Below, one piece after another: positions 11,437-21,765 of a DNA stretch of 37,863 nucleotides. This stretch comes from Veleropilina oligotropha (Eukaryota): positions 124,001 to 161,863 of the forward strand of contig JBEUKZ010000138.1 in NCBI GenBank assembly GCA_048128005.1, read 5' to 3'. The notes under the pieces are model-generated. The model searched no databases, had not been told where the DNA came from, and was given only the letters and a program-made list of their open reading frames with translations. A program made the translations under genes and the position numbers. How positions within the stretch are numbered: the stretch's first letter is position 1; every line of letters begins with the position of its first letter.

Positions 11437-14373
11437 TCACCGTATATTTGACCTGGATGTCCTGGTAATGCAGTGTTGCGCAGCAACACATTGAACACTT
11501 GACAAACCATCCGCACCAGTCGAGAAATCGCGTAAATAATGTTTTACAAACACATTCGGGTTTCTCCAATACCCTGCCTGTAGCAGGGAGGTAATATTTA
11601 GACAATGTCTACATGCCAGACTCGTCGATATCGCTCTCGTTTCATGGGCACGGACCGCAATCAAGTTGCGGTCAGCTTCGTTGGAACTGGAGTATATCTG
11701 TTGAACCGTTCGACAAATCCATCTCGAGATAGTATTCTTCGATACATCGCGGGTGAAATTGGGCAAATACGAAATAAACAAGCGTTTTTTGCCTCGTCGG
11801 AAGTCACGTGTACGGTCCAGATAATATCGAAGCGCGCGCACCGGGCAGTTAAGTCGGTCGATATCGTTTCTACCGACAATAGAAAGCGTAGGTATCACGA
11901 CCTCCGGAGCAATATCGCCTGGCCGCTGGTTTTTAGCAATAAATCCTAATATAGGACGTAAAATGACCGATCCGTCAGACTGGAATCTAATATCTCGGAG
12001 CTCTGCTGAGAAGCTGTGTATCTCAGAAACCCTTTTGCCCGACGCAAACGCAATTAGAAATACGGTTTTGTAGGTAAGGTTACGTATGGAAGCATTACGT
12101 AACGGCTCAAACGGGCTTTCTAGCAGAGCATTAAGTATAAGGATGATATTCCATGCAGGCGGCCGCGCCAAACAAATCGGTCTTTCGAGTTCGTAGGACC
12201 TGATTAAATCAGAAATAGTACGGTCTGACGATAAGTCAATTCGGGAACGACATTGCTTTAGCGTAGTCGAGATCGAGGCCCGATAACCTTTGACGGCCGA
12301 GACTGACAGTCCTCGTTCGAATAACGACGTAATGAACTCGATAAATTTGTTCACAGGGGGACGGAGTATATTGACTTCCCGCCTGTGACACCAATCCACA
12401 TATTTTGACCATCGGTAGTCATAGACTTTAGATGTAGATTGTCTTCGCGATCGGTAAATGCGGAGGGCTGTTGCGCGAGAAAATCCTTTCTCAACAAGCG
12501 ATCGTTCGATAACCGCCATGCGTGTAAACGAAGTTCGTTCGACGACGGGTGTAACACCCGTGAGCGCGGTTGCATTAGCAGGTCCGGCCTTTGCGGTAGC
12601 GCAAGCGGTCGATCGACGATGAGATCGAGAAGAGTCGGAAACCAAGACTGTGTGCGATTTAGAGGCGCTATTAGCGTTATCTCGCAGCGGTCTCGCGATG
12701 CCTTCTGTAGTACAAGTCGTAGTATGGACGACGGTGGAAAGGCGTACGCGATCAGATTCTCCCATGGCATTGACAGCGCGTCGACCGCTAGGGCGGCCGG
12801 GTCCGGGTACGGGGAGACATACAGAGGGAGTCGTTGATTGAACTCTGTTGCAAACAGATCGACTAGGGGTTGTGACCACCGGCGACAAATTTCCCGAGCT
12901 ACCTGGCTGTGTAGCGTCCACTCTGTGTGTATTATCTGCGATTTCCGAGAGAGCGAGTCCGCTCGGACGTTCAATATTCCCGGGATGTGTCGTGCTCGTA
13001 TCGTCGAGTTGAGGGACATCACTAGGCGGTGTAGGTCGATCGCCCGGTCGCACAGGGGACGCGAGCGAGTGCCGCCCTGGTGTTGAACGTATGCGACGAC
13101 AGTCGTGTTGTCCGTGGCGAGCAGTATGTGCTTGCTGCGGAGATGTGACGAGAGGGACCGTACTGTCAGGTAGACCGCTTCTAGTTCTAGATAGTTTATG
13201 TGTCGTCCCTGCAGGTCCGTCGGCCAAAGGCCCGATGTCTCGTAACTGTCGAGGTGACCTCCCCAGCCCTCGTTCGAAGCGTCCGTGTATAGGAAGGCGT
13301 TCGGTTCTGGCGGGGAAATGGGAACCGACTGGCTCGGCAATGCAGGGTTCAGCCACACTGCTGTCGAGTGATTGAACCAATGCCGAAGATCTATACGATC
13401 CGTCCACTGTCCCGTCCGTTGCACCCAGCGGTCCCTGAAGGCCTGCTGTAACGGTCGTTTGTCCATTCGTCCTGTCGGTAGCAGGGGCGCTACCGACTCG
13501 ATGTGCCCCAGGACAGTGGCCAGTTGTCGCGCCGTGGCTATCCCCGATGACCTTGTGTCCTGGATAACTGCGCGTAGGTTCACGATACGTTTCTCGGTCG
13601 GCTTCGCGGTGTACCGGACCGTGTCGAAGACGACCCCGAGGAATGTAAACGTCGTCGAGGGCACGAAGCAGGATTTCTCGTTGTTGATCTGTAATCCTAG
13701 GCGCTTCGCCGATGACAGGGTAACGCTCATAGACTGGAGGCACTGATCCCGGGACGCCCCGAGAATCAACCAGTCGTCGAGGTACATGTGTACTCTGTGC
13801 CCTAGCGAGTGTAGGAAGGCCCCGAGGGCCTGTACTACCCGCGTGAAGACGTAGGGGGCTGACGATAGACCGAACGGTAGACACCTGAATTGGTAGATCG
13901 TCTCCCCGTGTATAAACCTGAGGTACTGATGAGCCGAGACATGCATCGGAACGTGTAAGTACGCATCTGTCAGGTCGATAGATGCTGCCCAGTCGCCCGG
14001 ACGGATGGCCGCTCGTATCTTCGAGAGTGTTTCTTGCTGGAACTTCTCGGTACGCAAATAGCGGTTGAGGTGCGAGAGATCGAGGATCGGTCTCCAGCGG
14101 CCATCGGGTTTCGGGACCAGGAAGAAATGGCTGTAAAATCCTGGTGTGCTGGGCGGCGCGGGATAGATGGCTCCTTTTAGGAGTAAGTCCCGCACTGCCT
14201 GGTCTAAGACCGCTTGCTTCTCTCCGTGAAGGAGGCGAGCGTGTCTTGGTGGTGGTGTCACGGATAGGGTTGGATGCCGGTTGAACGCCAACTTGTATCC
14301 AGCACTCACGACTGAGTGGACCCAGCTGCTGTCTGTCAGCTCTAGCCACGTCTGGCTGTAGCCTAACAGGCAC
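11437..14373 (-). CDS. DIRS tyrosine recombinase ORF (YR domain about 12520-11437) with a long N-terminal extension overlapping pol
   Basis: ASGKRVSEIH (catalytic R), CPVRAL, HETR (HxxR), W, and FVKHYLRD (catalytic Y). The true start is unknown. Confidence 0.93.
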   Translation of the reverse strand: MPVRLQPDVARADRQQLGPLSRECWIQVGVQPASNPIRDTTTKTRSPPSRREASGLRPGSAGLTPKRSHLSRAAQHTRILQPFLPGPETRWPLETDPRSLAPQPLFAYREVPARNTLEDTSGHPSGRLGSIYRPDRCVLTRSDACLGSSVPQVYTRGDDLPIQVSTVRSIVSPLRLHAGSTGPRGLPTLARAQSTHVPRRLVDSRGVPGSVPPVYERYPVIGEAPRITDQQREILLRALDDVYIPRGRLRHGPVHREADRETYREPTRSYPGHKVIGDSHGATTGHCPGAHRVGSAPATDRTNGQTTVTAGLQGPLGATDGTVDGSYRSSALVQSLDSSVAEPCIAEPVGSHFPARTERLPIHGRFERGLGRSPRQLRDIGPLADGPAGTTHKLSRTRSGLPDSTVPLVTSPQQAHTARHGQHDCRRIRSTPGRHSLASPVRPGDRPTPPSDVPQLDDTSTTHPGNIERPSGLALSEIADNTHRVDATQPGSSGNLSPVVTTPSRSVCNRVQSTTPSVCLPVPGPGRPSGRRAVNAMGESDRVRLSTVVHTTTCTTEGIARPLRDNANSASKSHTVLVSDSSRSHRRSTACATAKAGPANATALTGVTPVVERTSFTRMAVIERSLVEKGFSRATALRIYRSRRQSTSKVYDYRWSKYVDWCHRREVNILRPPVNKFIEFITSLFERGLSVSAVKGYRASISTTLKQCRSRIDLSSDRTISDLIRSYELERPICLARPPAWNIILILNALLESPFEPLRNASIRNLTYKTVFLIAFASGKRVSEIHSFSAELRDIRFQSDGSVILRPILGFIAKNQRPGDIAPEVVIPTLSIVGRNDIDRLNCPVRALRYYLDRTRDFRRGKKRLFISYLPNFTRDVSKNTISRWICRTVQQIYSSSNEADRNLIAVRAHETRAISTSLACRHCLNITSLLQAGYWRNPNVFVKHYLRDFSTGADGLSSVQCVAAQHCITRTSRSNIR

Positions 14374-14531
14374 GCTCCCACCGGCGGGAGCGCGCAGCTG
14401 AGCACGTCGCGAGTGCCGGCAACCCTAGGGCCGTGACGGCTTCCCTCTCCCGCTCTGACGGGATTTAGTTGGAGGGCCTTTTTTCTCGCTGGATTTCCGG
14501 GCCGGAGGCCCACCCCGAGAAGGTCTGGCAC
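12351..14531 (-). CDS. DIRS pol: reverse transcriptase, RNase H and adenine-methyltransferase-like domain
   Basis: RT motifs FLVPKPDGRWRPILDL, IDLTDAYLH, LPFGLSSAP and YLDD. RNase H motifs TDASNEGWG, HINYLELEAV and TDN. MT-like motifs VDLFA and YAFPP. The frame is uninterrupted but has no ATG at the ORF start. Confidence 0.95.
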   Translation of the reverse strand: MPDLLGVGLRPGNPARKKALQLNPVRAGEGSRHGPRVAGTRDVLSCALPPVGACLLGYSQTWLELTDSSWVHSVVSAGYKLAFNRHPTLSVTPPPRHARLLHGEKQAVLDQAVRDLLLKGAIYPAPPSTPGFYSHFFLVPKPDGRWRPILDLSHLNRYLRTEKFQQETLSKIRAAIRPGDWAASIDLTDAYLHVPMHVSAHQYLRFIHGETIYQFRCLPFGLSSAPYVFTRVVQALGAFLHSLGHRVHMYLDDWLILGASRDQCLQSMSVTLSSAKRLGLQINNEKSCFVPSTTFTFLGVVFDTVRYTAKPTEKRIVNLRAVIQDTRSSGIATARQLATVLGHIESVAPLLPTGRMDKRPLQQAFRDRWVQRTGQWTDRIDLRHWFNHSTAVWLNPALPSQSVPISPPEPNAFLYTDASNEGWGGHLDSYETSGLWPTDLQGRHINYLELEAVYLTVRSLSSHLRSKHILLATDNTTVVAYVQHQGGTRSRPLCDRAIDLHRLVMSLNSTIRARHIPGILNVRADSLSRKSQIIHTEWTLHSQVAREICRRWSQPLVDLFATEFNQRLPLYVSPYPDPAALAVDALSMPWENLIAYAFPPSSILRLVLQKASRDRCEITLIAPLNRTQSWFPTLLDLIVDRPLALPQRPDLLMQPRSRVLHPSSNELRLHAWRLSNDRLLRKDFLAQQPSAFTDREDNLHLKSMTTDGQNMWIGVTGGKSIYSVPL

Positions 14532-16655
14532 GCTTGGAAGCTTTCGCGCCCCGAGTCGGGGCCGAACGCTTCCTTGAGGGGGCAGGTTGAGTACCCCGAG
14601 GGGTAGTCAATACTGCGCGCTCAATCGCACGATCTTTCAGCTCGACGGCTCTCTTGTCGACGAATTCGGTGAACTCGCCTCCGAAGAGAGTCGGGGCCGA
14701 CAAGGGCACACATCGCAGAGAACGCCGGGTGGCGTCGTCTAACGATGTGCCCTCGAGGCAGGCGTCCCTACGAAGTAGGAGCGCATTGCCCAAGACACGC
14801 GCGGACTCCAACGCGTTGTTCTCCGTGGCGGCAGCAACCTCGTGGAGGAAAGACAGGGCGGTCTCGCGAGCGCCGGGTCCGTCCTCCTGTAGAACGGCTA
14901 TCGCACCGTCCAGGAACGAGTCCTGTACAGACGACAGCCGCAGAGCTCTCGAAGGCATCCATGGCGGCCCATGGTACCTTCGCTACCGAGGGAGCTTGAC
15001 TGGCAGACAGACGACGCATCGCTACGTCAATCTGTGCTGGCTCAGCCACCAGGCACGGCTCAGAAAGAGCGATCGGCAACGATCGCGTACTGGGCCGGAG
15101 GTATCTTCCTCTACGGAGGCCCCGAGGGAACTCCGTGAGAGAAGACGTCTCCACTGTCTTGCCTCCCTGAATGGCCCGGGTGGTCTGATCCAGAACCAGA
15201 TCCACCAAGCCAGACTGGGGGAGTACGGGAAGCTGGGGAGCCTCCGACTCAGCAAAACGGTGTGCTGCCGTCCTGTGCTTGATCGTACCTACCGGCCGGG
15301 CCGGGTAGATCTAGCACCCCGCGAAGCGACGCGACTGCGTCGTATCTTCGGTGGGTGGCGGAGATCGGCTCCTGCAAGCCTGATTGACTACGAGAGTCAT
15401 CGGGACCGACCGATTCAAGAAGATCGGAGCGATCGGAGGGGACGTCCTCGTCGGAACGAGGGTCGACCTCCATCACCGAGGCAGGAGCCGTGCTCTGGGC
15501 CACGAGCAGAGGAGCAGAGACCTGGGGCGGCTGAACAGCCGGAAGCCAGGCCCTACTGCGGGTCTCGAATTCCGCCGCAATCATCGCCTGGACGCTCTCC
15601 ATAGAGAGACCAACAGGCAAGACGGGCGTCGATCCAACAGCCAGTGGATCGCTCGAGGACATCGTGGCACATGGTAGACGGGCTGCTGGGCCAGATTGAT
15701 ACGAGTACCAGGGTCTCGCATCACCTGACGAGCGGTTACTCCCGGAGAACGGGCCAAAAGGCGTGTTAACCGGAGCTCGACCTCCGAAAGACTGCGGCCA
15801 CAGTCCCGTGGAGGTCGCCGCTCTGTTCAGGGGGTAGACGGGGGAAGCTCCCGCGTACATACCCATCCCGAACGCAGCCGGTCCGTCCGCGCCAACTAGT
15901 CTGTACCCAAGGGGGACAGGGGAGTCGGCGGGCCCTCCGACAAGACTGGGAGCTCCGAGGTGTAAGGACGAACCCTGGGGAGGGTCGGTCGCACCATCGG
16001 CCAGTGAGTCGGGTGTCGTTGGTGGTCCGGATCTTAAACCACCTTGGTGGTGTCCGGCAACTGTTCCAACTTGCTCTGCCGTCAGCAGTATGCCGCTCGA
16101 CATACCGCTTATGACAGAAGGACTAGCCGTCCCCTGCTCTTCCGAGGCCGGAAGAGAGGAAGGGGACAGCCTGCCCTGCTCAGCTGTTCGCTGTAAGGTC
16201 CGGTGTACCATGCTAGCCGGCATGGCACTATTGGACGCAGCTACTAGGCCCGTGGTTCGAGGAGAAACGGACTGCACTCGGGCTCCTCTTACCTGGTCTT
16301 GAACCTGGGACGCCGGCGAGGTTCCCACGGTTTTCCCCAAAACCGTAGCGGTGTCGTCGGCGGGTCCTGCAACCTGCGATGCCCCAGTTCGCTGGTCGCT
16401 TCGCGTCCCTGAAACAGACGAATCAGAAATTATCCCTGACTTACCCGTCGTCTGTTCCTCCGGGGGAAGCCCAACAGAGACGGACTCCCTGGTAGCCTTC
16501 TCTGGTGGGTAAATAAGTGCCCACTGCCGATCCGTTAAAATTAGACATTTAGCACAAGGGTATCTCTTAGCACAACTACGGTGTATGCGACATACCGAAT
16601 GCTTGTCGAAGCTGTGTATCTTTTGGTTACACTCAGGCTCACTGCAACGGACCAT
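14425..16655 (-). CDS. DIRS gag-like ORF1, broken by two frameshifts (about 15250-15310 and about 14935)
   Basis: N-terminal Cys/His cluster (CSEPEC..HSVCRIHRSC..CAKC) and a low-complexity middle. The C-terminal LLLRRDACL..LRCVPLSAPTLFG resembles DIRS1 gag. Coding is spread over three frames (ORFs 15249-16655, 14768-15208, 14425-14958). Confidence 0.8.
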
Positions 16656-17524
16656 GGCTGATTACACGGGTAGGAAAGGTAGTGGGAAACCGGGAATTAA
16701 GGGATATCCGGGTAGTACGCTTCACGTGTTGTTTAACTACTACACCTTATATAGGGGTCTCTAATCCGAAGTATATAGGAAAAGACCGGATATCAACCCT
16801 AAATTGTTATGAATCACACCTCGGATTGCGTAGCAACCGAAGTACAGACAAGTAACCCGACTAGAATATAAACCAAGCCCGACGTACAAGCTTTATTAAA
16901 ACGGCTTGTCGGACACTAACAAATTGAATGCAGGCGGATATATATATATAGATAGTAGGAGGCTATATATAGAAACAGCCGCCTTTAAACACCTGAAAAC
17001 CTCGTGGATGTTGATTTCAATAGGTTAGAGCTTTGGCGAAATATCCCAGATTCGGCAGATAGGCTAAATAACGCACGTTAATACCTAAATATCTGCCTTG
17101 TTAGCGACGCTAAATTCGATTGAACAAAGTTACTAAGAATTTAAGCAAGATACGCCGCTAAGGAATTATCTAATATATATATGAATTACAAGTAATTTCA
17201 AGCAATATTAGAAACCAAACACTTCTTCCTTTGAAAGGATTCGCCTATGCGAAGCTTTCCTGCTTGAAGAACCTTCCCTCCTGAGCGGCCCTCTTTAGAT
17301 CACTTTGTAAATCCAAGATGGCGGGCCGAAAAACTTGTGGCCAGAATCACACAACTTTTAAAATTGATAACTCGACCTGAATACTCAGTACACAGTTACA
17401 TTGCTTCTTCAGATCATAAATAATTATGAACGGCACAATATTGTGCGAAAGAAACTTGTTTTAAAGTAACTTATTATCGTCTATTTTTAACTAGACTGTA
17501 AGCACGTCCGGACAGATCGACGGA

Positions 17525-17731
17525 TGACTTAAAAATGATACCAGATCTGTCTTGGTCTCTGAGGTCTCGCGAGACTTGGGCAGATCTCGTGAGAGGAACG
17601 CGAGAGAGGTGAGCAGGGGGGGGTAAGCGTGTAAATTTAAAAGAAAGTGAAACGCTTTTTCACAGTTTCCGGTTTAGCGATAATATGGCTATTATGGCAT
17701 TGGTAATGACGTAGAGTATATTGCTACTAAT
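17525..17731. repeat. DIRS 5' ITR
   Basis: Inverted copy of 10271-10466. Confidence 0.95.
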
Positions 17732-18285
17732 TAACAAATTTAAAGCAAGGGCAATAACTCTGTTAATAATTACGTACAACATCAAAATTAGCGAAAGGCA
17801 CAAGTTCACCAACTGCTTAATTAATACACCCACCAAATTGCATAAAATTATGCTGAGAGGTTTATGAGAAATATGATTCGGAAAGGAAAATATTTTTAAC
17901 ATTCCATCAAGGGCAACAACTCTGTTAATAATCGCTGCACAATGTCAAAACTAGCAAAAGGCACCAGTTCACCAACTACTTAATACATCCAGCCAGTTTC
18001 GTAAAGTTATGTCGAGCGGTGTTTGAGATACGGTCCGGAAAAGACAACATTAACGAATTTACAACAAGGGCAATAACTCTGATCATAATAGTGGCACAAT
18101 GTTGAAACTAGCAAAAGGCACCAGTTCACCGAGTACTTAATACACCCAGCAAGTTTCGAGTTATGTTATGTCGAGCGGTGTATGAGATATGCTCCGGAAA
18201 AGATAATTTGCACAGACGGACACATGGAAGGACGCACGGTCTGCATTTTAATATCCACTGCAAATTATTTTTTGCAGGGATACAA
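17732..18285. repeat. Tandem-unit repeat (AGGGCAATAACTCTG family) split by the DIRS insertion; left part at 10099-10237, another copy near 34612-34720
   Basis: Units of about 160 bp recur at 17748, 17910 and 18067, and before the DIRS at 10101. Confidence 0.75.
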
Positions 18286-18528
18286 TGACGATTGGCTTGA
18301 CAAAAATTTAAGAGGTGTTGAGGCTGGAAACCTGTAGGAATTTCGTTTGAGCTATGAGACACAGGCCCCCAGATAATTGGTTATATTGTAACTGCTGCAA
18401 TGGTTAGAGTCAATATTAGTCAATAAGTTATAATAAACGTACAAATGTTGTGAATTTATAATGTTCGAGTGAAATATATGTAACATCCGAGTGTGACTGA
18501 TATAGTAACGTACTGATCAATGTAATTA

Positions 18529-18970
18529 TAACTAGAACCCTCAGTCACGAGTGACCGCATATGTATCCCCCGGTAATGACCTGTCTATAGCGATCACAAG
18601 GAATTCTGCTTTAAAATCCAAGATGCAGGCCACAGCGGCCATCTTGGAGGCCAGACCACATCCAAAATATCTAGGTGACCTCACCCGAACCAATGGACAT
18701 ACCAAATTTGAAAACATTCCGTTAAGTAATGGCCTGTCTAGAGCGATCACGAGGAATATCTTGGCGGCAGCCATCTTGGAGGTCGGATCAAACCCAAAAT
18801 CTCTAGGTGTCGTGTCCTCACCCAAACCAATGCACACATTTGAAAATATTTCGTTAAGAATTGGCCTGTCTAGCATGTCTAGAGCGATCACGAGAAATCT
18901 CTCGGTGGACGCGGCGTAACAGAAGCTAAACCATAGTATCCCCCAGACACTTTCGTTTTGGGAATACAAT
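18529..18970. mobile_element. HINE-like element with ~120-bp internal repeats
   Basis: AACTAG start, GTATCCCC subterminal repeat, repeated GCCATCTTGGAGG units, and a GGGAATACAAT end. Confidence 0.55.
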
Positions 18971-21119
18971 TACACATGTACATGTGTAGTATATTGTCAA
19001 CCTTAATTAAGCTTACTGAAGAATTTTGACTCCAGCTCTTCTTGTCAATGAAATTCACAATTGCGTGTCTACATAACCAGTTCATATATAACATTGCATT
19101 CAAATTCTTCTCACACGCATTGTATATAGTCAAATCTCTTAATACATGTACAAAGTTATCATTTTTCTACAATTAACGAGTCATGCAGTCATTCTGAAAA
19201 CCTTGCAACAAATTAAAAGTGCTGTGCAATGCTATTATTATCAGTATGATGTCACTGACTCTCCTGGGTGATAAATTGTCGGAATTGATAACAGTATTGT
19301 AGATGGTTTGTAAACAATGTTTGACAGCAATATCATGGTCATCACTTTATATGGTTATAAATAACAGCCCATCACGACTTCGTGTCATGTGAAGTGGTAT
19401 GTCTTACCAGCCCATGTGATCATACTTGTCTGGAAGTAAACTGGCGCAAAAATATTATGTCTTTCAGCATTTGACAATGACGCTAACACGTCAGGTTATA
19501 ATATCTTGATCATGATTTTTAAAATATTCATAAGTGGAAAGGAAAATATGTATTTGCTCATTATATACGATTAAACATGACAATATACTTTGTTCTGTTG
19601 ACTGATAGTACACACATACCATATCATCAGATACATATTACAGTGGTAAGAGAAGTGTTTTGAATTAAATGTATCAAAGCCATTGTTCATATATAGTTAA
19701 TATTTATATAAACCCAGGCATTCTCCTCACATTAATATGGGTCCTCATAAAATGTCCATACATTCTTGCAACATAAACACTTGATATTTATATTTTAATC
19801 AACATGGTATAATTTAACCCAACAATCCCTGTGAACAGTTCAAAACAGTATCTTTATCTCAGGATAGATATCATCTGATTAATCTGTCATCCTTTGAGAG
19901 AACTGAACAAACAAACATATGGTCATATTTCATTTAATAATAGATGTCTGTATGTAGTTTGCATTCCATTATGACAAGCTATAAATAGACAAATATATCA
20001 TCTTGGGTGTAAAATAAATCATGTATTTTTATATGCGGTTCTCATAATGAATTCACATTTGCAATTGTTGGGATGACAAATCAACCGCAGCACCTCTTAC
20101 AAACATGGGGAGGCTCAGAGCTTTAAATGAAACAAAAAAATTGTGTTACGTCAAATAGTGACTTGGCAAAACACACTTCATCGCAGCAAATGCTTTACAC
20201 ATGTATGTATTTGTTAGGCATGTTTGCAGAGAGTCAATTGTTGCCAATTATCCTTGTCAACAACCCATGTATAATGAACGCATAGCAGATATTGACTCGA
20301 CTCTTATGCTATTGGGGCAAATTTTTTTTTTAAATAAATGAAATTTAATTAAAGTTCAATGGTTCTAAGAAAATAATAAATAAAGAATATATTCTAGACA
20401 TGCTTAAATTACAACGTCAATATTAGATATAACTGGTTCACTTTCTGACATAATTTGATAATCTTAAATAAGTATACACGTCAAATTAAATTATGGCATG
20501 CAGTATATATTTTATTTTATGTATCTTGTTGAAAATAATTTTAACACTGATAAATAATTTATAAGTGTATCACAAAAATAAAGTAAATATGCGTAAAGAC
20601 CCCATCTGATCATGAGCACATTTCCAATGTCGGCCATTGACCTATCGATGTTCAAAAATATGTCACCGTCACTGTTCATTGTAAACTTATGATTAACAAG
20701 CAAATACCATATATACACATAGCTTACTCTGCAAGGTAAATATCTATATTGATATGTCATCGGCCCAACTGAACCACAAGACGCCTACTATTGTACGCAA
20801 GTCACGACTCGGAAAGATTAGCTACAGGACGTTATGGCAAATATATGTTTATATGTATACATGAAAATGAATAAATAAATTGGAGTGATTCAAAAACAAG
20901 TTTACAGGTAATCATCGTATATCGTCTGCTATTTATAATGCAATTATATTATGATGAAGCTTACAGATGATAAATGATATACATAACAAAATCAAACTTT
21001 AGTCCTGTCAGTGTTGTTTTAAAGTCATTTAATCAAAAGAGCTAAGGCCCTCAATGCCATGGTACCACATCCTACTAGTTTATATAATTATGCTGCTAAT
21101 AATATTAAATTATTGTAAC

Positions 21120-21614
21120 CAGGCGCGGATCCAAGGGGGGGCGCATCCGGCGCACGGCCCCCCTAAAGCTGGTCAAGCATACTAAAATAATATGTATAAT
21201 CTAATACAAATGACTTTCAGAACATTATAAATAAGCCTACCACAAAATACTAAAGTTGAATTGTATTAATATATTAGCTGTTGCAATGTAATAATGCAGG
21301 AGGGGGAACTTCACACCGTTAATTATCCAAATTTTCTTGCGCGTGGGCCCCCGACTTTTGGGGGGATACAGTCGGTCTGGGCCCCAAGTTTGAAAGCAGA
21401 AATGTGTCAGTGAAAAAATCGTCATACATTTTAGTGAAAATGGTTCGTAAATGTTGGTAAGAAATATCTCTTTTGCCCAGTGTCAGAGTGCAGGAGAGGC
21501 GATTTCAGGCTGTTGATTGTCAAAATTTTCTTTCACATGGGGCCCCGCCCCCACGCGAACAGTTGATAGTAAATTCAGCGCCCCCCCTAAGCAAAATTCC
21601 TGGATCCGCGCCTG
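21120..21614. mobile_element. MITE with CAGGCGCGGATCCA TIRs, related to the 1309-1625 element
   Basis: Perfect 14-bp TIRs and a 5-bp TSD (GTAAC) at 21115-21119 and 21615-21619. Confidence 0.85.
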
Positions 21615-21626
21615 GTAACCACTTAC

Positions 21627-21765
21627 CTTTTGAAAGCCCTAAAATGCAAATCTAGCGATGGATCTGTTAAAGACCGCTTCGCTCGTAAATGTTTTTCATG
21701 TAGCGTAACCGGGTTGTAGTTAAGTGTCTCATAATGTGATATGTAATCATCCAACGTCTTGCATT
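21627..21765 (-). CDS. ADAM10: ADAM10-like coding exon 2 (prodomain)
   Basis: Bounded by tttgtttcag| and |gtaagt. Translates ECKTLDDYISHYETLNYNPVTLHEKHLRAKRSLTDPSLDLHFRAFKR, matching the ADAM10 pattern LNKYIRHYEGLSY..LHQKHQRAKR. Phase 1 to 2. Confidence 0.95.

Larger units (their letters stand above)
10238..17731 (-). mobile_element. Full-length DIRS1-type tyrosine-recombinase retrotransposon in ADAM10 intron 2
   Basis: Inverted terminal repeats, an internal complementary region, and gag, RT/RNase H/MT and YR ORFs. No target-site duplication. The internal region is GC-rich against AT-rich host DNA. Confidence 0.97.

Noticed and set aside
11605..16302. Plus-strand ORFs inside the DIRS element (for example 14654-15604, 316 aa)
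   Set aside because: Antisense shadows of GC-rich coding sequence with no recognisable motifs.
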